IMG/VR virus record: IMGVR_UViG_2930438282_000004
Span: 1-64,000 of that record
Source of the DNA: a virus
Lineage: Duplodnaviria > Caudoviricetes
Direction: 5' to 3' (one strand)
DNA: 64,000 nt
In this document: positions 20,001 through 28,420 of the stretch, piece after piece
How positions within the stretch are numbered: position 1 is the first letter of the stretch
Layout of the letters: each line of letters opens with the position of its first letter
Made by a program: the position numbers and the translations under genes
Notes under the pieces: model-generated
Told to the model about the DNA's origin: nothing
Database searches by the model: none
The model's input: only the letters and a program-made list of their open reading frames with translations

Positions 20001-21662
20001 GGTCGCCGACGTGGCCGCGGCCCCGGACCGCTGCGCGTCCGCGAGCGCCTCGGCGGCCTGGCGTGCCGCGTCCTGCGCGTCCGCGATCTGCCGTGCCCCG
20101 TCCACTGCGGCCTTCGCCGCGGCGGCCTGCGCGTCGGCCACATCCCGCTGGGCCTTCGCGATGCGCTGCGCCCCGTCCTGCTGGGTACGGGACGCCTCGA
20201 TCTCCGCATCGCGCAGAGACCGCGTATCGTCGGTGACCTTCTGGTTGGCGTCGGCGATGTCCTGCTTGGCCTTGACGACCTTGTCCGAGCCCTCGACGCC
20301 AGCCTTGTTCGCTTCGTCCGTCTGCTGCTGGAGACGGGCCGTCTCGACCTTCTGCTTGTCGAGCGCCTGGACGGCCTTGTCGTACTGGAGCTGGGCCTTG
20401 TCGAGGTCCTCCTTGGAGGCGGAGGCGCCCTTCGCTTTGACGGCGGCGAGTTCCTGCTCGGCGTCCTGGAGGTCGAGGACGGCCTGCCGCTGGTCGAGCT
20501 GGGCGTCGACGAGCCTGCTGTTGAGGTCTTCGAGGTCTTGGGCTGCCTCTTTGCGGGCGTCGTTGAGGTCTTCCTGCGCCTGTCGTGCCGCGCGCTGTGC
20601 GTCGGCGAGGTCGCGTTCGGCGGAGGCGACGGACTGGGCTGCCCGCCGGTTGGCGTCGGCGACGTCCTGGACGGTGTTCTTCAGGTTCTGTTGCGCGTCC
20701 TGGATGTCGCGGGCGGCCTTGACCCGGGCCTCGGCGGCGTTGACCTCGGCGTCCTTGACGGCCTGCTGCGCCTTGGCGAGGGAGCGTTGGGCGTTCTCGA
20801 CCTTGCGGGTTGACGACTCGGCGGCGGACGCGCTCTTGGTGGCAGGGGCGAATGCCGCTTTGAAGGCGTCCCCGACTCCACTGGTGCCGATCTTGATAGC
20901 TGCGAAGGCGGCGCCCAGCGACAGGATTGCGGGCACGGCCACAGCGGCCGCCGGGCCCATGGCGATGATGGACTGCGTGAGTGACGCCAGTGTCGGCAGT
21001 GCACCAACCACGAGCGCCACCAGGCGAGCGATCGTGGACGACAGGATGCCGATGCCTCCACCGCCGCCGCCCGCACTGCCGAGGTTGGTGAGCGACCCCA
21101 GCCCCAGGGTGGTGACCCGGATCCGCGCCGTGCGGTCCCTCGCAGCGCGCGCCAGGGCGGCGTCCGCCGCCGCAGTGTCGGCGCGGGCCTGGATCGTCAT
21201 CTGCCGGCGGCGCGTCAGGTTCGCAATGCTGTCGGCAGCGACTCGGGTGTCGACGTCGATGCCGATGCGGACCTGGCGCCGCTGGGTCAGGTTGCGGATC
21301 TCGTCGGCCGCTACCCGTGTGTCCACGGCGGCACGGATGTTGACAGTGCGGTCGGCGGTGAGCCGGTCGAGCTGGGTCTTGACCCGGTTGTAGGCCGCGT
21401 CGCTCATCTTCGGGGCGACGGTGACCTCGACGTCCTTCAGCTTCAACCTGTCGAGGGCGGTGTCGTCGAGCTTGACCTTGACGGTCGTGAGGCGCTCGCG
21501 GGTGAGCCGTTCGAGCTTGGCGAGGGCGTCTTTGTCGTCGAGGTCGACACCGATCTTGATCGAGTTCTTCTTGGACTTCAGCCGGTCCATCGCCCGGTCG
21601 TAGCCGGACTCGTCGGCGGTGACCTCGACGTACCCCTCAGCGATCCTGAAGCTACCCGCCAC
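17001..21662 (-). CDS. Tape measure protein with C-terminal NlpC/P60-like domain
   Basis: About 1550 aa; IAEGYVEV start, long coiled coil, Trp-spaced repeats, PYQWAG...DCSGF...GHT. Confidence 0.95.
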   Translation of the reverse strand: MAGSFRIAEGYVEVTADESGYDRAMDRLKSKKNSIKIGVDLDDKDALAKLERLTRERLTTVKVKLDDTALDRLKLKDVEVTVAPKMSDAAYNRVKTQLDRLTADRTVNIRAAVDTRVAADEIRNLTQRRQVRIGIDVDTRVAADSIANLTRRRQMTIQARADTAAADAALARAARDRTARIRVTTLGLGSLTNLGSAGGGGGGIGILSSTIARLVALVVGALPTLASLTQSIIAMGPAAAVAVPAILSLGAAFAAIKIGTSGVGDAFKAAFAPATKSASAAESSTRKVENAQRSLAKAQQAVKDAEVNAAEARVKAARDIQDAQQNLKNTVQDVADANRRAAQSVASAERDLADAQRAARQAQEDLNDARKEAAQDLEDLNSRLVDAQLDQRQAVLDLQDAEQELAAVKAKGASASKEDLDKAQLQYDKAVQALDKQKVETARLQQQTDEANKAGVEGSDKVVKAKQDIADANQKVTDDTRSLRDAEIEASRTQQDGAQRIAKAQRDVADAQAAAAKAAVDGARQIADAQDAARQAAEALADAQRSGAAATSATADALAKLAPSARAFVNAVLAQREAWRSLKLDVQNALFAGLGQKFTQLSTAILPSLRQGLTGTAGILNTMAKNAFDAVTNLGKTGMLKQLFAGLNGGLAPLSKIPGQFLTGITQLGIAAAPAFKRLTTAAGGFATRLSEQLTKAFENGHLEKIIDQAIDIGKQFGHLIGDVLGTLGNVMKAAAAGGGDALGTLGAVFAELRRITAMPEVQKALTSIFSAINAIAKLVAGTLGAVIQAALPLLASLAPVVQQLAEKFGPVLVELASVLGKALSPIISALLPILKNVGDIIIQLVRAVMPLLQPIGNLIGAIIKALAPMISALGAQLAPFIAALAQGLMPVIGALVPIVQMLGGFLAQLAPLFPPLLLAILPLIPPIAQLTVSLLNLAMQVIVPLLPLIVGLAQLLTGVLTSAITTLVPALDLTIGAITKFTDAITKGVQWVVSKFQWLYDVLVGHSIIPDLVNAIINWFTNLWTKTKQIFDQLKNWVINTWNSLWNGARTKWDSFWAGLWKQFTGAKTSVMSWISGLRTSFANTWNGLWDSAVSKVTSIFTTLRGKINDFKTSMLNAVKALRDGTGSLFSGIQSKFATPVKWVISNVYNSGIRKMWNTIAGKINSKLTLPSISLGFNKGGVVPGTGNTDTVPAMLTPGERILSKQQVTQLGGHRGIDALLGQDRPTSTGGNPSRQEERRRYQGGTQHFASGGIVGSVTNAIGGAIGGAVDWTKDLVIGGLKAAAQKAISSLVRPLIGRIPAGGVGSLMKDMSNRALDGMLGFLGKEDKKAVGGPAVQRALAWAKTQNGLPYQWAGNGNPSWDCSGFMSAIESVIRGQSPHRRWATGAFVGNNGPAGWVRNLNSPFMIGITNAGVGHTAGTIAGVNVESRGGAGVIVGPRARSYRDSLFTSRWGFAPAAKYDSGGLLQPGATLAINKTRKPEAILTAEEHEAFRSLVAGLSTAGSGGDVHVHMAVEVKSMSLPTDAEAERFAQAIADPMKEVLRKLENSRRR

Positions 21663-22026
21663 CTTCGCTTCCTCCAACCGACACGAGCCCCGGGAACTTG
21701 GCCCGGAATTGGGTCAGCGAGACTTCGGCCGTCTCGCCTGCGCCCTGCCTGGTGGGCGGGGCGGTGCTGCTCGTGCGGGTTGGGGTGGGACTGGTGGGTT
21801 GCTGTTCTTCGCGTTCTTCCTCGACGCGGGCCGTCATCACGCCCTGGTAGGCGGTCAGCCGGTGGGCGAGTGCGAAGTAGCGGGGCCCGTCGACCTCTTG
21901 CTCATGGAGGTCGATGCCGTAGATCGCCAGGAAGTCGGCGTCGATGTCCTCTTGGTGGTCGAGGACCCAGACGATCTGTTCCAGCCGTTCGGCCAGTCCA
22001 GTCGTCCACGTCAGCGGGCTTTTCCC
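21652..22026 (-). CDS. Tail assembly chaperone, -1 frameshift extension (gpGT-like)
   Basis: The -1 frame is open from the G-GGA-AAA site: SPLTWTTGLAERLEQIVWVLDHQEDIDADFLAIYGIDL... Confidence 0.8.
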   Translation of the reverse strand, partial: GKSPLTWTTGLAERLEQIVWVLDHQEDIDADFLAIYGIDLHEQEVDGPRYFALAHRLTAYQGVMTARVEEEREEQQPTSPTPTRTSSTAPPTRQGAGETAEVSLTQFRAKFPGLVSVGGSEGGG

Positions 22027-22418
22027 CCCTTGACCTCAGCCTTGCCGAAGGCGATCTTCTGGGCCATGTCGAGGATCTTCTGCATCTGCTGGTCGTCGAG
22101 CGTCGGGCACTGCTCGAGCGCCGAGTAAGCCTCCGGGCCGAGTAGCCGCTCCAGCAGGCGGACGGCCGCGACCTGTTCGCCGTGCTCGCGGCCGATCCGC
22201 AGGAACTCCAGGGCGATGCCCTGCGGGACCCTGCGGGGAACGGTGTAGACCTCGCCGTCGATCGAGAACAGGGCGACACGGTCCTCGTCCTCGACCGTGC
22301 TGGTGAGTTCTACGAGCTCGTACTCCTCGTCGACGAGGGGAACGGGCTTGGCCGCGGCACGCTTGCGGGCGCGGGCCGTGGTGCCCTGACGAGTGGTGGA
22401 CCGGGTGGTGGATGCCAT
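22011..22418 (-). CDS. Tail assembly chaperone (gpG-like)
   Basis: Between major tail and tape measure genes; ends in a slippery heptamer. Confidence 0.85.
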   Translation of the reverse strand: MASTTRSTTRQGTTARARKRAAAKPVPLVDEEYELVELTSTVEDEDRVALFSIDGEVYTVPRRVPQGIALEFLRIGREHGEQVAAVRLLERLLGPEAYSALEQCPTLDDQQMQKILDMAQKIAFGKAEVKGGKAR

Positions 22419-22459
22419 GGGTGGTGCTCCTCGCTACGGACAGGGACGGTGGTGTCGAC

Positions 22460-23020
22460 TCAGCTGGTCTGGTCGACGATGTGGAACGGCGTGATGCTGT
22501 TGCTGACGTAGTGGCCGGCGAACTTCGCCGGGATCAGCGTCTGCTTGTCCTTCGTGTAGGCCAGCTCGCTGCTGTCGGTGTTGAGCATGCGGCGCCCGAT
22601 GACGCGCCGCCGGAACTGGTTGGGCGCGTAGCCGTCCATGATTACGGCGAAGTAGTTCGGCTGCGTGGCGCTGGACGTGACGTTCGGGTCGAACGACTTC
22701 CAGCCCGCGCCGCTCGCAGCAGTACCACCGTTGAGGGTGAGCGACAGGTTCTCCAGCGTCGCCTCCGCCAGGGAGGTCTCGATGGTGAAGTCCTGCTTCG
22801 TCAGCCGGCTGCCGACGCGCAGGGTGATCTGGTCGACCTCCAGCTCCGAGTACGTCTGGTCGACGGACAGCTTGACGCCGTCCTGCGTGCCACCCAGGTC
22901 CGTCCAGCTGGACGCGGCCGGGGTCGTGTTGACCTGGGTGTCGGTCGGCTCGGTTGCGCCGAAGGCACCCGAGTACAGGGTCGCCGGCCCCTGAATGAGC
23001 GCGGTCGTGGTAACGGCCAT
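22460..23020 (-). CDS. Major tail (tube) protein
   Basis: WTDLGGTQDGV, LAEATLENL; synteny. Confidence 0.85.
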   Translation of the reverse strand: MAVTTTALIQGPATLYSGAFGATEPTDTQVNTTPAASSWTDLGGTQDGVKLSVDQTYSELEVDQITLRVGSRLTKQDFTIETSLAEATLENLSLTLNGGTAASGAGWKSFDPNVTSSATQPNYFAVIMDGYAPNQFRRRVIGRRMLNTDSSELAYTKDKQTLIPAKFAGHYVSNSITPFHIVDQTS

Positions 23021-23023
23021 GGG

Positions 23024-23206
23024 TCAGCTCTCCTTGCTGGTGCTGGACTTCTTGGCGGCCGCCGGGATGGCGGTCTGCGGAGCAGGCTCGGGCGCGGGCG
23101 TCGGGGAGTCGTCGACGAGGAGGCCCTGCGCGCTCAGGTCGGCGGCCTCGATGTCGTCGACCTCGATCTCCTGGTCGGGGCGCATCGTCGTGCGGATTTT
23201 CGGCAT
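23024..23206 (-). CDS. Small hypothetical virion-module protein
   Basis: MPKIRTTMRPDQEIEVDD; TGATG coupling. Confidence 0.65.
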   Translation of the reverse strand: MPKIRTTMRPDQEIEVDDIEAADLSAQGLLVDDSPTPAPEPAPQTAIPAAAKKSSTSKES

Positions 23207-23436
23207 CAGGGGTAGTCCTCTCGGCGAAGCGGGAAGCGGTGGTGGCTGAACTGGGGGAGCAGGGGCAGCGCGATGGTCTGCTCGGGCGGGACGCTGCGCG
23301 GGCACTCGACGATGCGGATGTCTCCGGCGAGGAGGAACTCCAGCTCCCCGCGCGAGCTGTGGACGATGACGCGCCCGTTCCAGGTGAGGAGGTCACCGCC
23401 GAGGGTGTCGGCCTGGATGGCGTAGCGGCCGCTCAT
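23206..23436 (-). CDS. Small hypothetical virion-module protein
   Basis: MSGRYAIQ...; ATGA coupling. Confidence 0.65.
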   Translation of the reverse strand: MSGRYAIQADTLGGDLLTWNGRVIVHSSRGELEFLLAGDIRIVECPRSVPPEQTIALPLLPQFSHHRFPLRREDYP

Positions 23437-23900
23437 GACGGCAGCTCCGTCCACGCGACGACCAGGCCGGGGATGTCGTAGCGGGCGTACGACGACGAGT
23501 CGTCGGTGATACGGCGGGGGTCACCGGTGACGTAGGCCGACTTGACCTGCACGCTCGGGTATCCGGCAGGCAGGGCGAGGGCGGTCCTCGGAACGTTCGG
23601 GTGGTCGAGCGTGGCGGCGACGATCGTCTCCGCCAGGTTGGAGGCTTTCCCCCACGGCGGCTTCTGCGAGTCGGGGTTGAGGGCCCAGCAGGAGAGGCCC
23701 ACGACCGGGTCGCGGAGCGGCACGTAGATGTTCGGGCTGCCACCCGCCACCACGAGGGTGACGAACCCGGACGCGGCCCAGGTGATCGAGCCGTCCTTGC
23801 CGCGCTTGGGCAGGGTGGTGGCGACGATGTCGCCGACGATGGTCTTCAGCCAGGCGGTAGCGACCAGCTCGGGGGTGGCGCGGAGCACGGGAGTCGTCAC
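23433..23900 (-). CDS. Tail terminator or completion protein
   Basis: Synteny and size; GTGA coupling. Confidence 0.65.
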   Translation of the reverse strand: MTTPVLRATPELVATAWLKTIVGDIVATTLPKRGKDGSITWAASGFVTLVVAGGSPNIYVPLRDPVVGLSCWALNPDSQKPPWGKASNLAETIVAATLDHPNVPRTALALPAGYPSVQVKSAYVTGDPRRITDDSSSYARYDIPGLVVAWTELPS

Positions 23901-24268
23901 GGCGTCCTCCGCTGGAAGAGGGCCGGGCGCAGGTACGGCATCGGCGACGTGCCGGGGTGGTTGACGCGCGCTACCGGGTGGTCGGCGTCCGGCCACGACA
24001 ATGCCTTCTTGTTCCGCGGCGTGATCACGTGCGGGGGAGTGCCCAGCTCAACGTCGGTGGCGTAGTTGCAGTCCAGCGAGCCGACCCGCAGCACCTTGTC
24101 GTGGACCTCGGAGCGGAGGCTGTCGTGCAGGCGGCCGGACCGCTTGTGCACGTAGTTACGGGCGTCGCCGAGGATGGCCGGGCCGATGACGTCGTCCAGC
24201 CAGTCGTTGATCGCCGCGTCGACATGCGCGCGCGCGGACGGATCGATCCGCACACCGGATCGCGCCAT
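23897..24268 (-). CDS. HK97 gp10-like neck protein
   Basis: RSGRLHDSL, YATDVELGTPPH, VNHPGT, PYLRPAL. Confidence 0.85.
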   Translation of the reverse strand: MARSGVRIDPSARAHVDAAINDWLDDVIGPAILGDARNYVHKRSGRLHDSLRSEVHDKVLRVGSLDCNYATDVELGTPPHVITPRNKKALSWPDADHPVARVNHPGTSPMPYLRPALFQRRTP

Positions 24269-24338
24269 GGCCGCCTCCTCTCCGGGGGTGGTCGTTCGGT
24301 GGCCTGCCCGGTCTCCCCGGACGTGATGGCCTGTGCTG

Positions 24339-24668
24339 TTAGGTGGTGCGCCGCAGGTCGAGCCGCCTGTCGACGGTGAGTGCGGGGGTGTCCATCGCCG
24401 ACACGGCTTCGACGATGTAGATCGCTCCGGTGCGCTGGTCACGCACCCGGTCTTGGTCGGTGACGTCGGTGTTCGCCGGGACCCGGGCCACGGCGTACCG
24501 GACGATCCGCGGGGTCGGGTTCTCGCGGGTGGTGACCCTGCGGGTCTGCTCGACGAGCGAGGCCGGGATGCCCGACGCGATGGGGGTGTTGGTGTCTTTC
24601 TCGTCGCCGAACTCGTCGGTAGTGGTGCCGCGGAGGATCTCAACCTGGGTGGTGGCGATGGCCTGCAT
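24339..24668 (-). CDS. Head-tail joining (stopper) protein
   Basis: TDEFGD...DRVRD; synteny. Confidence 0.7.
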   Translation of the reverse strand: MQAIATTQVEILRGTTTDEFGDEKDTNTPIASGIPASLVEQTRRVTTRENPTPRIVRYAVARVPANTDVTDQDRVRDQRTGAIYIVEAVSAMDTPALTVDRRLDLRRTT

Positions 24669-25114
24669 CACGCACCCCCCGTGTACGGCGCCCAGTCCAG
24701 GTGGTCGTCCGCTCCGTCCGAAAGTGCGTCCCCGACGATCGGGCCGGCGCCCTCGACGGCAGAGCGGATGTGCACGGTCCGGGACCGCATCCACGACACC
24801 CGTCGCAGCGCGCGGGCGGCCATGGGTGCGAGGACCAGGCCGTCGCCTTGCAGCGTGGTGGAGACCTGGTCTTGCTGGATCTGCGTGGCATCCAGCCGCG
24901 TTTCCAGCCCGAACTGGCCTGCAATCCAGGCGGCTTGGTAGGCGACGGCCTGGCCCAGCCAGTGGAGGTCACGCGTGCGCATCCGGTCCTTGTCCGGGTA
25001 GATGCGGTTGCTGAAGACCTCGATGGCGGCCTGCGCCTGGGCAAGCTGCTGGTCCGTCACCGTGACGCCCGTGGCGTTGGTGACGTCCTCTGCGCTGGCC
25101 CAGGCGTTGACCAT
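24668..25114 (-). CDS. Head-tail adaptor protein
   Basis: WASAEDV...QAVAYQAAW; synteny. Confidence 0.7.
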   Translation of the reverse strand: MVNAWASAEDVTNATGVTVTDQQLAQAQAAIEVFSNRIYPDKDRMRTRDLHWLGQAVAYQAAWIAGQFGLETRLDATQIQQDQVSTTLQGDGLVLAPMAARALRRVSWMRSRTVHIRSAVEGAGPIVGDALSDGADDHLDWAPYTGGA

Positions 25115-25115
25115 G

Positions 25116-25508
25116 TCAGTCGCCCTTGCCGCTGGTGTCGCCGCCATCGGCGTCGATGACGTCGCGCGGCGTGGTGGTCTCGGCGGGCTGTTGTTCGACC
25201 GAGGCGGGAACCGTCTCCACCGAGTAGGCGAGGGTCAGCGACACCCCGTCGGGGTGCTCCTCCTGCCCGTCGAAGGACACATCGCCGCGCGGGTGCAGAC
25301 CACGCTGGATCGCCTCGCCCACAGTGGCGGCGCGGTTCGCCTCGTGCTGGTAGTCCTCGCCAGTCCACCGCGCGGCCAGAACGACGAACTCCTTGCGGTG
25401 CCGGGTGCCCTCGCTGCCATCAGGAGACCGCTTGTCGACCTCGACCTCCGGCTCGCCGGCCTTCGCCGGATGCTGCCGGGCTGCCGCGGTCTTCTTTGCC
25501 TGTGCCAT
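25116..25508 (-). CDS. Hypothetical head-module protein
   Basis: GGAGGTGA RBS; follows the capsid gene. Confidence 0.7.
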   Translation of the reverse strand: MAQAKKTAAARQHPAKAGEPEVEVDKRSPDGSEGTRHRKEFVVLAARWTGEDYQHEANRAATVGEAIQRGLHPRGDVSFDGQEEHPDGVSLTLAYSVETVPASVEQQPAETTTPRDVIDADGGDTSGKGD

Positions 25509-25573
25509 GGCTCACCTCCCTGCCTGCTGCCTGCACCGCCCCCGAGCCGAAAGGCGGTGCAGGAGAGAGGGGG

Positions 25574-26488
25574 TCAGCCGACGAGGATGGACGCGCCGTT
25601 GGGGTGGCCGTAGGCCCATCCGCGGCGGGCGCGCATCTTCAGGATCGACTCGTCGGTGAGGGCGGACAGACCGTCGCGGCCGTCGATGAACACCGACTCG
25701 GGGCCGCTACGGCGGCCGAGGAGCATGAGCTCCGGGTTGACGAACGCCATGATCGGGCGTCCGGTCGGCGCGCTGCTGGCCGTGGCCGCGAGGCGGGCGC
25801 CGAGGCTCCAGCGGATCGGGACACTGAAGATCGTGTCCGGGGTGCCGTTCAGGCCCTCGACGAAGATGGGCCGGTTCTGGCTGTCGAGGACACCGCGCAG
25901 GTACTTGCGGAAAGCGGGCGCGGCGATCGCATACATGTTGCCCGGGTCGAAGTAGTCGCCGTTCTCGACGTTGCCGACGGCGGTGGAGAACTCGCCGTAG
26001 GTGGGCACGCCCGCGGACGCGGCGGTGGTGATGTTCGCGCCGCCGGTGTAGCCGAGGTTGTTGTCGGTGGTGTTCAGCAGCTGGTAGAGGCTGGTGAACG
26101 GGACCGTTGTGCCGTTCTCGGCGGCGCTGACGGCGAGGGACGAGTTGTCGAGGATCTTCGCGTAGCTCTTCGACCAGCCGAGCATCTTCGCTTCGATGAC
26201 GTTGGCCACCGAGTCGTCGATGTCCTCCTCGGCGATGCGCGCGGCCTTACCGAACTTGCGGGCCGTCAGAAGCACCTCGTCGTTCAGCGAGGTGTCCTCG
26301 CCGTAGGCGCCGCCCTTGGCGACCACATCGACGCCCATGCCCGCGGTGCGCGGCACATGCTTGGTGTCGGAGGTCATGGTGATCGGGGAGGCGAGAGCCT
26401 CGACCGCGGAGATCTGAAGTACGGATGCGACGACCTTGGACGTCTCCCACTCTTCGGGGATCCAGGCCTCAAGGGTGTTGCGTGCCAC
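25574..26488 (-). CDS. Major capsid protein (HK97 fold)
   Basis: WIPEEW, VLLTARKF, VLDSQNRPIF; follows the scaffold gene. Confidence 0.9.
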   Translation of the reverse strand: MARNTLEAWIPEEWETSKVVASVLQISAVEALASPITMTSDTKHVPRTAGMGVDVVAKGGAYGEDTSLNDEVLLTARKFGKAARIAEEDIDDSVANVIEAKMLGWSKSYAKILDNSSLAVSAAENGTTVPFTSLYQLLNTTDNNLGYTGGANITTAASAGVPTYGEFSTAVGNVENGDYFDPGNMYAIAAPAFRKYLRGVLDSQNRPIFVEGLNGTPDTIFSVPIRWSLGARLAATASSAPTGRPIMAFVNPELMLLGRRSGPESVFIDGRDGLSALTDESILKMRARRGWAYGHPNGASILVG

Positions 26489-26622
26489 GGTGGCCCTCCT
26501 GCGGGCGTCGTGATGGGGGAGCGTCTGGCGGCTCGGGCCCCATCACGGGCGCCTGCAAGCAAGGGCGGTGGCTGCTTCGATCACCGAAGCAATTCACCTG
26601 GTGATGAATATACCTCGCTAGG

Positions 26623-27354
26623 TCAAGCCCTACCCAGGAGCCGGGCTGCGTGGATCTCGGCCGTGGACTTCGGCTTCTCCTGCGCGGGCTGCCGAGGAGC
26701 GCCGGTCGGCCGGGCTTTGGGCTTCGGCTTGTCCTGCGGCAGCAATTCCGGGTACTCGGCCTTGACCCGGTCCACCTCGGCCTCGGCGCCGATGAGTTCG
26801 CCTTCGTCGTCGACGGTGATGGCGTCCCAGTCGATGAGCTTCATCAGCCGGTCCGGCGCGGTGAACCCGGCCTCGGCCAGGGCCGCGCGGACGCCGGACT
26901 TCTTCATCGGCTCCCGGAACCGCTTCTCGCCCTCCTCGCGCGCCTCCCGCAGGGCCTTTTCGTGGTCCGTCTCGTTCTCGCGGGCGGCATCCTCCAGCTC
27001 CTTGTTGCGGAGCCGGTGCCTCTTCCCGTCGTCGTTGGCCTTCTTCAGCGCGGTCTGGGTGCGCCGCCACTCCGCCTCGGTCGGCGGCTTCCACGGCTCC
27101 GGGTCGTCCTTCTTCGCCGCGGGCTTGGGCTTCGGCTTGTCGTCCGGCTCCGGGTCGTTGTTCTCGGGCTGCGGGTCGGAGTCGTCGGCGGGGTCGGGCT
27201 CCGGGTCGTCGTCGACCTCGATGTCTGGCTCGTCGTCGGGCTCGGCGCCTCCGGCGATGATGTGGATCGGACGGCCGTCGGCGCGGTAGCCGAGGATCGT
27301 GCCCGGCGGAAGGCTGATGCCGGGGAGCTGCTCGAGTGTGGTGTGGATGCCCAT
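26623..27354 (-). CDS. Head scaffolding protein
   Basis: Acidic Pro-rich N-terminus, coiled coil, KAEYPELL. Confidence 0.8.
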   Translation of the reverse strand: MGIHTTLEQLPGISLPPGTILGYRADGRPIHIIAGGAEPDDEPDIEVDDDPEPDPADDSDPQPENNDPEPDDKPKPKPAAKKDDPEPWKPPTEAEWRRTQTALKKANDDGKRHRLRNKELEDAARENETDHEKALREAREEGEKRFREPMKKSGVRAALAEAGFTAPDRLMKLIDWDAITVDDEGELIGAEAEVDRVKAEYPELLPQDKPKPKARPTGAPRQPAQEKPKSTAEIHAARLLGRA

Positions 27355-27406
27355 CTGGTGTTCTCCCATCACGGGTTGGCGGCGGCCCATCGGCGGGCGA
27401 CCATGG

Positions 27407-28420
27407 TCATGCGGCGGCCGGGAAGCGGCCGGTGCGGAGTGCGGTGCGGGCCGTGGATTCGACTGCGGGCAGCAGGTCGTCGACGGTCCGCAGGAGTTCC
27501 CTCGCTGCGCGCAGGCGGACTGTGCGGGACTCCGACGGGCGGCCGGTGCCGTAGCCGATGGAGCGTTCGGCCTCGCGGCGCAGCGCCTCCGGGAACGGGA
27601 TGCCGTCCGGGCGCCAGTCGTCGTTCCAGGGGACGGCGCGGCAGCGGCAGTGCGCGTGCAGCGGCGGCCCGTCCACACCCACGGCGCGGGTACGCCGCTG
27701 GCGGGGATCCCACGACAGACCGCCCGGGAACGGCTCGCCGGCCTTGACGACCCGGCCGGTGTAGGCCAGGCACCGGACGCACGCGTCCGCCTCCGACACC
27801 CACACCCGCAGCGGCGCCATCGCCTGCACCACCACGTCCAGCCCCTGGTGGACGGCGGAGTTGATGACCCATGCGACGTGCGCTCGCACCGCAGGCAACG
27901 CGGCCCTGGCGGCGCCGAGCCCGGCCAGCAGGTGCGACCAGCGCGTCACCCGGTCCGGATGCAGCAAATGCAGCGCCCGGTCACGGCGCTCGACGACCAG
28001 CTCCCGGATGCGGTGCGCCTCATCGCGCAGCAGCCGGCTCACGGCCGGCACGCGCGGTTCGCGACGGCGGCCGGACGCAGCCCGCATGAACTCCGTCCCC
28101 TGCCGCACCCCCAACCCCAGGGCCGGACCGAGCCCGTCGGCGAGAGCAGCAGGCGCCCGGTCGGCGACATCGGCGAGCAGCCGGCGCACCGCTGCCTGCG
28201 CCGTCGCGAGGATCTGCCGGAGCACGTCCGATGAGGCGGCCGACCGATGGGGCCCGCCGAACGCGCGGATCCACGCGGCCAGCATGCGGCGGATCAGTTC
28301 CTCGAACGCCCGGTCCACACCGCGCAGCGCGCGGGAGGCGATGCCGTCCTCCAGGGCGATGACGTCACCGGTGTGGTCGTCCTGCACCAGGTGGATGAGG
28401 CGGTCGCTGGAGTACGGCAT
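27407..28420 (-). CDS. Minor head protein (Mu gpF-like)
   Basis: DACVRC and PPLHAHCRC motifs; follows the portal gene. Confidence 0.85.
   Translation of the reverse strand: MPYSSDRLIHLVQDDHTGDVIALEDGIASRALRGVDRAFEELIRRMLAAWIRAFGGPHRSAASSDVLRQILATAQAAVRRLLADVADRAPAALADGLGPALGLGVRQGTEFMRAASGRRREPRVPAVSRLLRDEAHRIRELVVERRDRALHLLHPDRVTRWSHLLAGLGAARAALPAVRAHVAWVINSAVHQGLDVVVQAMAPLRVWVSEADACVRCLAYTGRVVKAGEPFPGGLSWDPRQRRTRAVGVDGPPLHAHCRCRAVPWNDDWRPDGIPFPEALRREAERSIGYGTGRPSESRTVRLRAARELLRTVDDLLPAVESTARTALRTGRFPAAA

Noticed and set aside
18642-21393. Long plus-strand ORFs (723 and 616 aa) opposite the tape measure gene, and similar ones opposite portal, terminase and tail genes
   Set aside because: Antisense shadow ORFs expected in high-GC coding DNA; no recognisable motifs.
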